Positions 51,039 through 60,274 of a stretch of 64,000 nucleotides of DNA are shown in pieces. This DNA is from Candidatus Latescibacterota bacterium (GTDB lineage Bacteria > Latescibacterota > CBDEFO01), in assembly GCA_965248755.1 (NCBI GenBank), contig OZ252149.1, positions 3,456,001 to 3,520,000 of the forward strand, in the 5' to 3' direction. The notes under the pieces were generated by a model. It worked only from the letters and a program-made list of their open reading frames with translations, was not told the DNA's origin and did no database searches. The translations under genes were made by a program, and so were the position numbers. Every line of letters starts with the position of its first letter. The stretch's first letter is position 1.

Positions 51039-52574
51039 TCAGCGCGTCGGCGACGTCAATTCATACAGGTGCGGTTCGTAAGCGGTGAAGGTGTCGCGAA
51101 AGATATTTTTTTCCAGTTCGATCTGTCTGTTTTCGAAAGGGAGACTTACGCGCCGGTATGTGGACGCCGTCTTGAGAATAGAAATGGAAGCAGCGACAGA
51201 TTCAGGCGCAGTGTTAACGGCCAGCAGATACGACTTCCCGTCGTACTGGCGTACGCAATATTCAATTTCCGGGCGATCTATCCCCACCTCGAGTGGATCC
51301 GATTCCTGGGGCCGTGTAAGAATGGCAAATAGCGGCTCGATCTCGCGCGACAAGCCGGGAAATACCGACCAGAGCCGTGTGTGTTCCGGGCCGATTCCGC
51401 CATGGCCCATGTGAAAGATCAGGCCAGTGGCGCCGGCCATCAGAGCCAGGTAGGAGGCGCATCGAATCTCTTCGGCAGTCCTGTCGTCCGGACTTGGGAT
51501 AGAAGCGCCGATCCATAGAATAAGGGGCTTTCCGGGGCCGAGCTGTGACCTGATCTCTTTGAGGTCTTCGACAAGCCGCAGTATGAGCTGTGGGGCATAC
51601 GAACTCGGGCAGGCAATCTCAATGATGTCGGCTGAGTCTCGATACGGAGCATAAGGCGGCCCCTCGATCTGCAGAACGGTCAGATGCCTGGAATCCATGC
51701 CCTTGACAAGGCGGTTCAGCCTGCGCCATACGTCTGCATTGTTCAGTGGAATTCTGCCTTCCTCTCGATACAGGGGGTAGTTGCCTTCGTACTGGAGGAA
51801 CCAGTAGATGAACGTATCGTCGTCCTTCATCGCCTCAATGATGGGACGCACCGTCCGCGGCCAATCGTCTTCCTGAGGAACCAGGAATCGTGATTCTCCT
51901 TCTTCGTTGACCAGTCTTGAAATAACAGCGCTTGGTCTTTGCAGCGGGTTGGCTACGCACGAATCGGTGCGGTAAGCCATATTGAAACAATCCCGGGCAA
52001 AAGCAGGCGCCTCCCCGCCCGTGCTGGCGAAAAACAGGCAAAGTGGTGCGCCGTTGACAAGGATAATCCCGTCTGATCGAAGTTCGAGCTCCTCAATGCG
52101 CGGCGGTCTCTGTGCAGGCTCGATGGACTTTCTGATCAGGACGCGATGCATCGAGGCCAGTGTCCGTCCGTCTCTGTCCACCAGATGCGCGCTGACGACG
52201 TGTCGCCCAAGTTTCCAGCCGGTCATATCTACAGAGACGGAGTATCGAAGCTGATCTTCAACAAGTGGAATCGGTTCGGACGCCTCCGCCCGGCCGTCTA
52301 TCTCAAGTCTGAACGAAGCACCTTCGGAGGTCTCTGTCGTCAGAACGATCTGAGCCCGTTCCACATCGGGGGTGTAGTAGTACCTGGCCAATATCATTTC
52401 CATAAGAGCCGTAACCTCAAGTCGCATCGCAACTGTACGTAATTGTGGACTCGGTTGTCGTGACCACCAGAAAGCTTTAGAGAACGTTGGGGGAAGTCCC
52501 AGTTGCCCGGAGGGATTTCCTGTCACTGTTCCACAGTACGGCCAGGAACGACAGAATGGCTTGCCTTTCTTCAC
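51039..52574 (-). CDS. Hypothetical protein, glycoside-hydrolase-like barrel with beta-sandwich (5' end uncertain)
   Basis: DGIILVNGAP, VKGMDSRHLT, TAEEIRCASYLALMAGATGLIF, YLLAVN, FRDTFTAYEPHLY. Confidence 0.6.
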   Translation of the reverse strand: MKKGKPFCRSWPYCGTVTGNPSGQLGLPPTFSKAFWWSRQPSPQLRTVAMRLEVTALMEMILARYYYTPDVERAQIVLTTETSEGASFRLEIDGRAEASEPIPLVEDQLRYSVSVDMTGWKLGRHVVSAHLVDRDGRTLASMHRVLIRKSIEPAQRPPRIEELELRSDGIILVNGAPLCLFFASTGGEAPAFARDCFNMAYRTDSCVANPLQRPSAVISRLVNEEGESRFLVPQEDDWPRTVRPIIEAMKDDDTFIYWFLQYEGNYPLYREEGRIPLNNADVWRRLNRLVKGMDSRHLTVLQIEGPPYAPYRDSADIIEIACPSSYAPQLILRLVEDLKEIRSQLGPGKPLILWIGASIPSPDDRTAEEIRCASYLALMAGATGLIFHMGHGGIGPEHTRLWSVFPGLSREIEPLFAILTRPQESDPLEVGIDRPEIEYCVRQYDGKSYLLAVNTAPESVAASISILKTASTYRRVSLPFENRQIELEKNIFRDTFTAYEPHLYELTSPTR

Positions 52575-53024
52575 GTGGACCAGGCTGCGTCCTGACGACT
52601 AGCCGATCGCCGGTCGGGCGCGAGCTCCACATCGTCCCGCTTTTTTAAGACAGGGAGGCAGACCCGCGGGTCTGCATAGAACGATACGGTGGTCTAAAAC
52701 AACGCAGGGGCGAGGTTGTCTCGCCCCAGGGGTTGGGTTACCCAGTCCTACATTTGTCACAGGAAGATACAAAACTTCCGTGAGGATGTCAATCACAATT
52801 TTGTTGCCTGCTCTCAGTTGGGGAGCTTGGGGAGCTTATACTATAAACTTTTCATTTTTCATTTCATTTTCAATTTCCAAAAGTTCTATGCAAAACCTCA
52901 CGTAGCCCCCTTTTAATCACCAGCATAGCCTCCGAGCATGCGTGATTGTACTGTTTAAGTGTGTCTAAGCAGTGCATGTTAATGTACCGAGCATCCGACA
53001 AAGGGATTGACAAAAGTTGTTGGG

Positions 53025-53660
53025 CTATAACCATTGAGGAAGATTGACATTACCTCCCATTGTGCCATTGGCTGTACCGACGATTAAGAAATCTTTCTTG
53101 ATACTACCTTCTTCCAAAAAATTAACCTGTAGTTTTGCTTCAATGTACTGCAAACACCCATCATGAATTCTCTTTATTACCGTCTCAACTGGTAGAGGAC
53201 ATTCTTGGCCTTTCTCCAGTTTTAAGCCAAAGTGGTCCAACATTTTTTTCTTGAGTTCTTCTTCATAATAAAAATCGTGTGGATGTTCGAATCTATTCCT
53301 AAGACTGAAGCAAAGTCCAACCATCTTACTGCCCTGAATACCTGCCTGAATATCTGGAACTACATCCCCATAACCTTCACATATTTTGTAATCCTTCATC
53401 AAAGAGCATAAGCCTCTGATGAAGTCCTTGTTGAGAGAGTGACTTTTGTCGTTATGATCTTCTATATCTTTCGAAGTTAAAGCCTTTTCAAATTTTCTTA
53501 TTGGAGAAACCCCTTCTGTCTGATATCTTTCTGGTGCAATGAAGCTAATGCTGCCAATGTGTTTGTGAGACAGAGCGCTGTAGGGTCCCTTTAGCCGCCT
53601 GAACTTTTCACAATGAAACCTAAACCATTCCAGCATTTCCGTGTAGATATTTTCGTTCAT
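53025..53660 (-). CDS. Hypothetical AT-rich protein with an RNxxxH (HEPN-like) motif
   Basis: RBS AAAGGAG before MNENIY; LRNRFEH. Confidence 0.6.
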   Translation of the reverse strand: MNENIYTEMLEWFRFHCEKFRRLKGPYSALSHKHIGSISFIAPERYQTEGVSPIRKFEKALTSKDIEDHNDKSHSLNKDFIRGLCSLMKDYKICEGYGDVVPDIQAGIQGSKMVGLCFSLRNRFEHPHDFYYEEELKKKMLDHFGLKLEKGQECPLPVETVIKRIHDGCLQYIEAKLQVNFLEEGSIKKDFLIVGTANGTMGGNVNLPQWL

Positions 53661-53838
53661 TGCTCTCCTTTTGCAATAAGCTGTACCGTTTTTATGTGAT
53701 ACGCCGGTAATGTCCCCTTTTCTGGGGTTGGATTTTGTTGTCCTTATGAAAGGGGTCAATACCAATAATGAAGATATAACCTAGTTCGACCAGTTTGGAA
53801 CATACATTTTTTGCCACGACCGCCTCTCTACTTGCCTC

Positions 53839-56562
53839 TTACGAACACCCGCTTGTGGCCCCGCAGTTGTGGCACTTGTAGCACGATCCGTTCCGGACCA
53901 TTATGGCTCCGCACTCGTGGCATGCAGGGGCATCGGCCTGAGTCAGGAATACCTCCTTTTCCCGCATCTCCACCTCTTTCATCGTCATCCCGTTCTCTTT
54001 GTGTAAGAGGTCGGATTCTGTATTATTCCCGTTGTCGCCCGGATTCTGATCTTCTTCAGGCAGAAACTTTTTCCCCAGCCACCTGAAGATATAATCTATA
54101 ACGGACTTGGCCATCGGGATGTCGGGATTGTTTGTGAAGCCCGCAGGCTCAAAGCGCATATGGCTGAATTTGTCCACCAACGTCGGCAGGGGCACCCCAT
54201 ACTGCAGCGCTATCGAGATCGCCGTTGCAAAGGAGTCCATAAGTCCTGATACTACGGAACCCTCCTTCGACATCACCAGGAATATCTCCCCCGGAGATCC
54301 GTCCTCGTACATCCCTACAGTGATATATCCTTCCTGTCCTGCTACACTGAACTTGTGCGTGATCGCCTGACGCTCGTCGCGGAGTCTCCTTCTGACAGGT
54401 CTGTACTCGATCTTTACGTTCTCCTGTTCTTCCTCCTTCTTTTCCTCTTTCTTATCGTCAGCGTCCAGACCCGTGTTTAAGGGCTGGCTCTTTTTGGAGC
54501 CGTCCCTGTATATCGCAATCGCTTTTAAGCCAAACTTCCACGCCTCGATGTAGGTCTCCATAATCTCGTCTGCGGTTGCCTCCTGGGGCATGTTCACGGT
54601 CTTGGAGATCGCTCCCGACAGGAACGGCTGTACAGCTCCCATCATCTTGAGGTGTCCCATGTAGTGGATGGACCTTTCGCCTTTTTGAGGACGGAAGGCG
54701 CAGTCGAACACGGGGAGATGTTCGTCCTTTAGCCCCGGCGCGCCCTCTATGGTGTCGCTTCGATCTATATAGTCCACAATAGATCTAACTTCAGTCTCAT
54801 CGTACCCCAGGTTCTTCAAAGCCTCAGGAACGGTGTTATTCACGATCTTTAAGAATCCGCCTCCGACGAGCTTTTTGTATTTGACTAACGCTATATCAGG
54901 CTCAACACCTGTCGTGTCGCAGTCCATCATAAATCCTATCGTCCCCGTAGGGGCCAGCACCGTCGCCTGAGCGTTCCTGATGCCCAACTTCTCGCCAAAG
55001 TCGTACGCCTCGTTCCACGTTTCTTTAGCTGTGTCCCAGAGCTTTTTGGAGAGGAGCTCTCTGTCTATGTTATCCACGTGATCGCCGTGCATCTTCATCA
55101 CAGCCAGCATCTGTTTCTTGTTTTTTGCAAACTCCTCAAATGGACCTATCCTGCCTGCTATAATAGCCGACTGCCTGTAAGCCCTCCCCGTCATCACAGC
55201 AGTGATAGCCCCTGCGTATGCTCTGCCTTCTTCGCTGTCGTAGGGCATACCCTTTGCCATCAAGAGTGCGCCTAAGTTCGCATAGCCCAAGCCAAGGGGC
55301 CTGAACTTGTGACTGTTTTCTTCTATCGCCTCGGTCGGATAGCTGGCGTTAGAGACGATTATCTCCTGGGCCGTTATCATAATATCCACAGCGTGGCAGA
55401 ACGACTCTATATCGAACTCCCCGTCTGAGTCCCTGAATTTCATGAGGTTTAGAGAGGAGAGGTTGCAGGCTGTGTCATCTAAAAAGACGAATTCCGAACA
55501 GGGGTTAGAGGCGTTGATTCTGGCTGATTCTTTGCACGTGTTCCATCTGTTGGTAGTCGTATCGAACTGGAGACCCGGGTCTCCGCAGACGTGCGCGCTC
55601 TCGCAGATCATTTTCATTAAATCACGAGCCCTGTAAGTGTCCATCACCTCTAAGGTGGTCACAACCCTGGTCTGCCACTCTTTGTCGTCCAGAACAGCGT
55701 TCATAAAGGCATCTGTGACTCTGACGCTGTTGTTGGAGTTCTGGAAGAATATCGAGCCGTAGGCCTCGCCGTTGAACGAGCCGTCGTATCCGGCGTCTAT
55801 TAAAGCCCACGCCTTCTTTTCCTCGTTCACCTTGCAGTTTATGTACTCCACGATGTCGGGGTGATCTATGTTCAGGATCACCATCTTGGCGGCTCTCCTT
55901 GTCTTGCCTCCTGAGCGTATGACTCCCGCAAAGGCGTCGTACCCCTTCATAAACGACACAGGACCGGACGCAATGCCGCCTGAGGAGAGATTCTCTTTGG
56001 AACTTCTAATTGGCGAAAGGTTCGTCCCCGTGCCGCTGCCCCACTTGAAGAGCATACCCTCAATCTTGGCAAGCCCTAAGATAGACTCCATAGTGTCCGA
56101 GACGGAATTGATAAAGCACGCCGAGGCCTGAGGCTTGGACTCAATCCCGATGTTGAACCACACCGGGCTGTTGAAAGATACCATCTGATTGGCTAAAAGG
56201 TGGGTCAATTCGTCGTAGAACGACTCGCCGTCCTCCTCAGATGCAAAATAGCCGTCCTTTATCCCCCAGTCCGCGATGGTCCTTGAGACCCGGTTTATCA
56301 GTTGCTTTACGCTCCTTTCTCTGTCTGGAGAGTCCATTTTCCCGTTGAAATACTTGGAGGTAACCACGTTCAAAGCAAGCTGAGACCAGGACTTTGGGAC
56401 CTCGACCTCCTTCTGCTCGAATATGACCTCACCCTTTTCGTTAGTAATCGAAGCGTCCCTCTCCTCCCACTCTATCGCATCGAAGGGATGTACTCCCACG
56501 GTTGTGTACATCCTGTCTATCTTCAAACCTTTGACTTTTACATCCTTATCGGTTGCCGGCAT
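53839..56562 (-). CDS. nrdJ: Class II (B12-dependent) ribonucleotide reductase with C-terminal TSCPD/Zn-ribbon region
   Basis: FNSPVWFN, SACFI, SGGKTRRAAKM, SNPCSE, ACNL, APTGTI, AISKTVN, YRDGSK, CHEC..CHNCGATSGCS. Confidence 0.96.
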   Translation of the reverse strand: MPATDKDVKVKGLKIDRMYTTVGVHPFDAIEWEERDASITNEKGEVIFEQKEVEVPKSWSQLALNVVTSKYFNGKMDSPDRERSVKQLINRVSRTIADWGIKDGYFASEEDGESFYDELTHLLANQMVSFNSPVWFNIGIESKPQASACFINSVSDTMESILGLAKIEGMLFKWGSGTGTNLSPIRSSKENLSSGGIASGPVSFMKGYDAFAGVIRSGGKTRRAAKMVILNIDHPDIVEYINCKVNEEKKAWALIDAGYDGSFNGEAYGSIFFQNSNNSVRVTDAFMNAVLDDKEWQTRVVTTLEVMDTYRARDLMKMICESAHVCGDPGLQFDTTTNRWNTCKESARINASNPCSEFVFLDDTACNLSSLNLMKFRDSDGEFDIESFCHAVDIMITAQEIIVSNASYPTEAIEENSHKFRPLGLGYANLGALLMAKGMPYDSEEGRAYAGAITAVMTGRAYRQSAIIAGRIGPFEEFAKNKKQMLAVMKMHGDHVDNIDRELLSKKLWDTAKETWNEAYDFGEKLGIRNAQATVLAPTGTIGFMMDCDTTGVEPDIALVKYKKLVGGGFLKIVNNTVPEALKNLGYDETEVRSIVDYIDRSDTIEGAPGLKDEHLPVFDCAFRPQKGERSIHYMGHLKMMGAVQPFLSGAISKTVNMPQEATADEIMETYIEAWKFGLKAIAIYRDGSKKSQPLNTGLDADDKKEEKKEEEQENVKIEYRPVRRRLRDERQAITHKFSVAGQEGYITVGMYEDGSPGEIFLVMSKEGSVVSGLMDSFATAISIALQYGVPLPTLVDKFSHMRFEPAGFTNNPDIPMAKSVIDYIFRWLGKKFLPEEDQNPGDNGNNTESDLLHKENGMTMKEVEMREKEVFLTQADAPACHECGAIMVRNGSCYKCHNCGATSGCS

Positions 56563-56586
56563 CTTGGACTCTCCCCTTTATGTGTT

Positions 56587-57108
56587 CTACTTATCCTGTT
56601 TTCTATTCATCCCAGCTATCTTTTTCAGAAGTTCGTTCTCAGACTGTGTCTTATCTTCCTTATATTCGCTGTCTATAATACCCAGCACCGGGTTCTCAGA
56701 CTGTGTCTTATCTTCCTTTATTATGCTGTCTATAATACCCAGCACCGGGTTCTCAGACTGTGTCTTATCTTCCTTTATTATGCTGTCTATAATACCCAGC
56801 ACCGGGTTCTCAGACTGTGTCTTATCTTCCTTTATTATGCTGTCTATAATACCCAACACCGGGTTCTCAGACTGTGTCTTATCTTCCTTTATTATGCTGT
56901 CTATAATACCCAGCACCGGGTTCTCAGACTGTGTCTTATCTTCCTTTATTATGCTGTCTATAATACCCAGCACCGGGTTCTCAGACTGTGTCTTATCTTC
57001 CTTTGTTATGCTGTCTATAATACCCAGCACCGGGTTCTCAGACTGTGTCTTATCTTCCTTTATTGTGTTGCCTAGCTCTCTCAAAAGTTCGCTTACAGAT
57101 TTATTCAC
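56587..57108 (-). CDS. Repeat protein with 19-aa units
   Basis: AAGGAGGT RBS before GTG; co-oriented inside the nrdR-nrdJ operon. Confidence 0.65.
   Translation of the reverse strand: MNKSVSELLRELGNTIKEDKTQSENPVLGIIDSITKEDKTQSENPVLGIIDSIIKEDKTQSENPVLGIIDSIIKEDKTQSENPVLGIIDSIIKEDKTQSENPVLGIIDSIIKEDKTQSENPVLGIIDSIIKEDKTQSENPVLGIIDSEYKEDKTQSENELLKKIAGMNRKQDK
56635..57064. repeat. 57-bp tandem repeat, seven full units plus a partial one
   Basis: TTCTCAGACTGTGTCTTATCTTCCTT starts at 56636, 56693, 56750, 56807, 56864, 56921, 56978 and 57035. Confidence 0.97.
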
Positions 57109-57132
57109 TCTGTTAATACCTCCTTAATATAA

Positions 57133-57206
57133 TCAACCTAACTCTTACTTTCTTTACTCCGGCTCCGTATATAGAACTGATCCTCTATTTCTCCCATCTT
57201 TCTCAG
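57133..57206. repeat. Diverged direct repeat of the nrdR 3' end (57683-57756)
   Basis: TCAACCTAACTCTTAC...TATATAGAACTGATCCTCTA.TTCTCCCATCTTTCTCAG occurs twice, 550 bp apart. Confidence 0.9.
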
Positions 57207-57223
57207 ATCTGCTTTAATAACCA

Positions 57224-57607
57224 CTACCCTTTTTCGTGGTGAAAGAGCTGCAGATTGACGCCGTCAAAGCCGTCGAAGAACGCAAGGGTCATCCCCTCAA
57301 TGGGTTCGAAGGGTTCCTTTATAACCGAAATGCCCTTTCCTCTGAACTCTTCAGTCGTAGCTTCAACATCATCAACCTGAAAAGAAAGGTGATGTACTCC
57401 TGGGCGGTCCAATCCCTCGACTCCCTCAAATGCAGCGGCGGATATGAGTTCCAACTTAACATCGCCTGCATCCAGAAAGAGCACTTCTCCCTTCTCTCCC
57501 AGATCCATCCGTTCGGTCACCTTGAATCCAAGCTTATTGACGTAGAGATCTTTTGACTTTTTCATATCACTCACCAGCAGAGCTATTTTCCAGATCTTGA
57601 CTGCCAT
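57224..57607 (-). CDS. VOC (glyoxalase/epimerase-like) family protein
   Basis: IALLVSDM..LGF, KLELI, GVHHLSFQVDDVE, AFF..DGV. Confidence 0.88.
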   Translation of the reverse strand: MAVKIWKIALLVSDMKKSKDLYVNKLGFKVTERMDLGEKGEVLFLDAGDVKLELISAAAFEGVEGLDRPGVHHLSFQVDDVEATTEEFRGKGISVIKEPFEPIEGMTLAFFDGFDGVNLQLFHHEKG

Positions 57608-57687
57608 TTCGTTTCACCTCTGTTTGTGGAGTTATTGCATATGCGTAGCTGGTGCTTCAAGCCACATATGTACAAGATATATTCAAC

Positions 57688-58185
57688 CTAACTCTTACGC
57701 TCTTTACTCTGGCTCCATATATAGAACTGATCCTCTACTTCTCCCATCTTTCTCAGTTCGGCCAAGAACTCTCCCTTATCCTTGAAATCCCTGTAGACGG
57801 AGGCGAAGCGCACGTAGGCAACCTCATCTATATCCTTCAATTTGGATATAACCAGCTCACCGATCACTTTGGTGCTCACTTCCCTTTCGCCCAGAGCTCT
57901 GATCTCAAGCTCTACTGCATCTACAAGATCCTCTATCTGAGTTATGGATATAGACCTTTTCGTGCAGGCGATCCTTATCCCATTAAATACCTTATCACGG
58001 ATGAAAGGCTCTCTCCTACCGTCAGACTTTATCACATCTGTCTTGTAAAGCTCCACGTACTCATATGTCGTGAACCTCCGCCCGCACGATAGACACTCCC
58101 TCCTCCTCCTGATCGCGTTTTCTTCCTTGTTCGATCTTGAATCTACTACTTTATCCTCCACAGACTCACAATAGGGACATTTCAT
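57688..58185 (-). CDS. nrdR: Transcriptional repressor NrdR
   Basis: MKCPYC, VVDSR, IRRRRECLSCGRRFTTYE, DEVAYVRFASVYRDF. Confidence 0.97.
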   Translation of the reverse strand: MKCPYCESVEDKVVDSRSNKEENAIRRRRECLSCGRRFTTYEYVELYKTDVIKSDGRREPFIRDKVFNGIRIACTKRSISITQIEDLVDAVELEIRALGEREVSTKVIGELVISKLKDIDEVAYVRFASVYRDFKDKGEFLAELRKMGEVEDQFYIWSQSKERKS

Positions 58186-58223
58186 CTCTTTTCCTTATTC
58201 AGTCCCCGATATAAGCAATCGGG

Positions 58224-58275
58224 GATCAATATGTAGTGCGGTTGATAATATACAATACTATATATTGTATGTCAA
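58224..58275 (-). promoter_or_regulatory. Tandem NrdR boxes overlapping a sigma70 promoter
   Basis: GATCAATATGTAGTGC (58224) and ATACTATATATTGTAT (58255), 31 bp apart; minus-strand TTGACA-17-TATATT. Confidence 0.85.
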
Positions 58276-58464
58276 GCCCTTATTTTAAGAAAAATGTAAA
58301 TTTTGTTCTTGGATTATAGCAGAAGAGGAGAAAGGTCATATCAGGTAGGGGCAGACCCGTGGGGCTGCCCCAGTCAGCAGTCCTCGATCCCCGATAGGCT
58401 CGATCTCTACTTGCAGGATGCAAAGAGGTAGGATATTAGTAATGGATGCAAGATGTGGTAGGCC

Positions 58465-60108
58465 TTAATCCTCGTACTTTGAAAACACTGGATCCTCTTT
58501 TGTGATTACTTCAAGGAGCGCGGGCCGTCCGGATTCTGTCGCCTTTTTGGCCCGATGGATCGCCGGGATGATGTCGTCCGGCTGTTCCACCCTCTCGCTG
58601 TAGCCTCCCAGTCCTTCGACGACTTTGGTGTAATTTCCGGATAGGAACTTGGTGCCGTAGCGTTCGGTCGCATTCGGGAGATATGTTTCGTATCCACCCA
58701 TCGCAGAGTTGTTCACGATAATCGTCAAAATCGGGATCTTCTCTCTCACAGCAGTCTCAAAGTCCATCCCCGCCATTCCGAAGGCGGCGTCGCCCATAAA
58801 GTTTACCACCATCTTATCCGGCGCTGCCAACTTTGCCCCCATTGCAAGGCCGAGGCCGTAGCCCAGCTGAGTCGATTTTCCCCAGCCGAGATAGCCCCTG
58901 GGTGCGATCGCCTCGAAGAACGGGGCCATCTGGTCTCTTGGATTGCCGGAGTCGTGCGTCACAATCGTGTTTTTTCGGTCTATGGTATGCATCAAATCCC
59001 AGATCACGCGATAGGGGTTGATGGGGACTTCGGATGATGTCAGCCTCGGCATCCACTCCTCAAGCCATTCGTCCTTGATGGCTTTTATTTCCTGAACCAC
59101 AGCGCCGTTCCCCCCTTTGCCTCGCTCCCCTGCCTGATTCTTGACCTCAGCTATCAGTTGCCCTAAAACAAGCTTCGCGTCGCCTACCACGGCGTGGTCT
59201 ATCGGATAGTCTTTGTTGATGTCCAGTTCGTTTATGGTCACCTGGACCATTACCTTGCCAGGGGGGATAGGTGCAGTCAGCGGCGCCTTTGAGAAGCTGC
59301 AACCGATCCCAAACACTAAATCAGCTTTTTGCAGAAAATGAGCGGCAGGCTTAGTTCTGGTATTCGCTACCATCCCGGAGGACAGGGGATGATTCTCGGG
59401 AAATGCGCTCTTCCCGGCCAGCGTTGTCATCACAGGGGCGCCGACCAGTTCTGCAAACCGAATTAGTTCATCGCACGCCTCTGCCCAGAGGACGCCCTGT
59501 CCGACGTGGAGGACGGGATTCTTTGTAGAGAGCAGTGCTCTGACCGCTTCCTTCACATCTTCCGGATCCGCTAGTGTCTTTGCTCTCCTGACTGGGCTAT
59601 AGTCAAGCTCGGAGTTGTCGAATTCCTCATCCATCACGTCTATTGGGATCTCCAACACAACCGGACCGGGCTTTCCGTTCCTGAGCAGGGTGAAAGCCCG
59701 TCTCAAAAGCTCCGGGACGCGATCTGCATAGTTAATCTGCGCCGTCCACTTTGTGATCCCTGCATAGCTTTGCACCCCATCGAAGTGGGGATGCACGCCC
59801 AACCTGTGTCGCGCGAATTGGCCCGGAAGCATCAGGATCGGTATGGAGTCTGAGAAGGCCTGCGCCACGCCCGCAAAGGCGTTTTCAGCGCCGGGTCCGT
59901 GTTGCACTGCGCATACGCCTGTGCGTCTGCCGTTCAAAACCCGCGTATATCCGTCCGCCATGTTCACAAGCGTACGTTCGGTCCTGGTCATTATGGGCCT
60001 GATCCCCACGCAAGCTGCGGCATCTATGAGGTGGTTATGCGGAAAGCAGAACATAAACTCTGTGCCCTCCTGCTTCAAGATATTTACAACGGCGGCTTTG
60101 CCTTTCAT
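58465..60108 (-). CDS. Thiamine-diphosphate-dependent enzyme (acetolactate synthase-like family)
   Basis: TERTLVNMADG, HGPGAEN, GDAAFGM...NN ThDP motif. Confidence 0.9.
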   Translation of the reverse strand: MKGKAAVVNILKQEGTEFMFCFPHNHLIDAAACVGIRPIMTRTERTLVNMADGYTRVLNGRRTGVCAVQHGPGAENAFAGVAQAFSDSIPILMLPGQFARHRLGVHPHFDGVQSYAGITKWTAQINYADRVPELLRRAFTLLRNGKPGPVVLEIPIDVMDEEFDNSELDYSPVRRAKTLADPEDVKEAVRALLSTKNPVLHVGQGVLWAEACDELIRFAELVGAPVMTTLAGKSAFPENHPLSSGMVANTRTKPAAHFLQKADLVFGIGCSFSKAPLTAPIPPGKVMVQVTINELDINKDYPIDHAVVGDAKLVLGQLIAEVKNQAGERGKGGNGAVVQEIKAIKDEWLEEWMPRLTSSEVPINPYRVIWDLMHTIDRKNTIVTHDSGNPRDQMAPFFEAIAPRGYLGWGKSTQLGYGLGLAMGAKLAAPDKMVVNFMGDAAFGMAGMDFETAVREKIPILTIIVNNSAMGGYETYLPNATERYGTKFLSGNYTKVVEGLGGYSERVEQPDDIIPAIHRAKKATESGRPALLEVITKEDPVFSKYED

Positions 60109-60274
60109 AATGTTCCTTTCTTTTTTTGATCGGTTAATCTTTTCCACAAGAAGTTCTACTGCTCTCTACTTGACGCCCACAAGTTCTGCTGCACCTGTTC
60201 CGAACGCTGTCGCTTTGCAATATCATTGCGTTCCTTCTTCATCCGTTCCAAACGCCAGTGGGTGTCCGAATAGA

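Noticed and set aside
48193..51332. Plus-strand ORFs of 260 and 330 aa
   Set aside because: Antisense shadows of GC-rich minus-strand genes
56635..57064. CRISPR array
   Set aside because: Units are head-to-tail near-identical with no unique spacers, and there are no cas genes in the window
56302..57127. Plus-strand repeat ORFs of 257 and 234 aa
   Set aside because: Open only because the 57-bp unit lacks stops; antisense to the operon, overlapping nrdJ, and without a clear RBS
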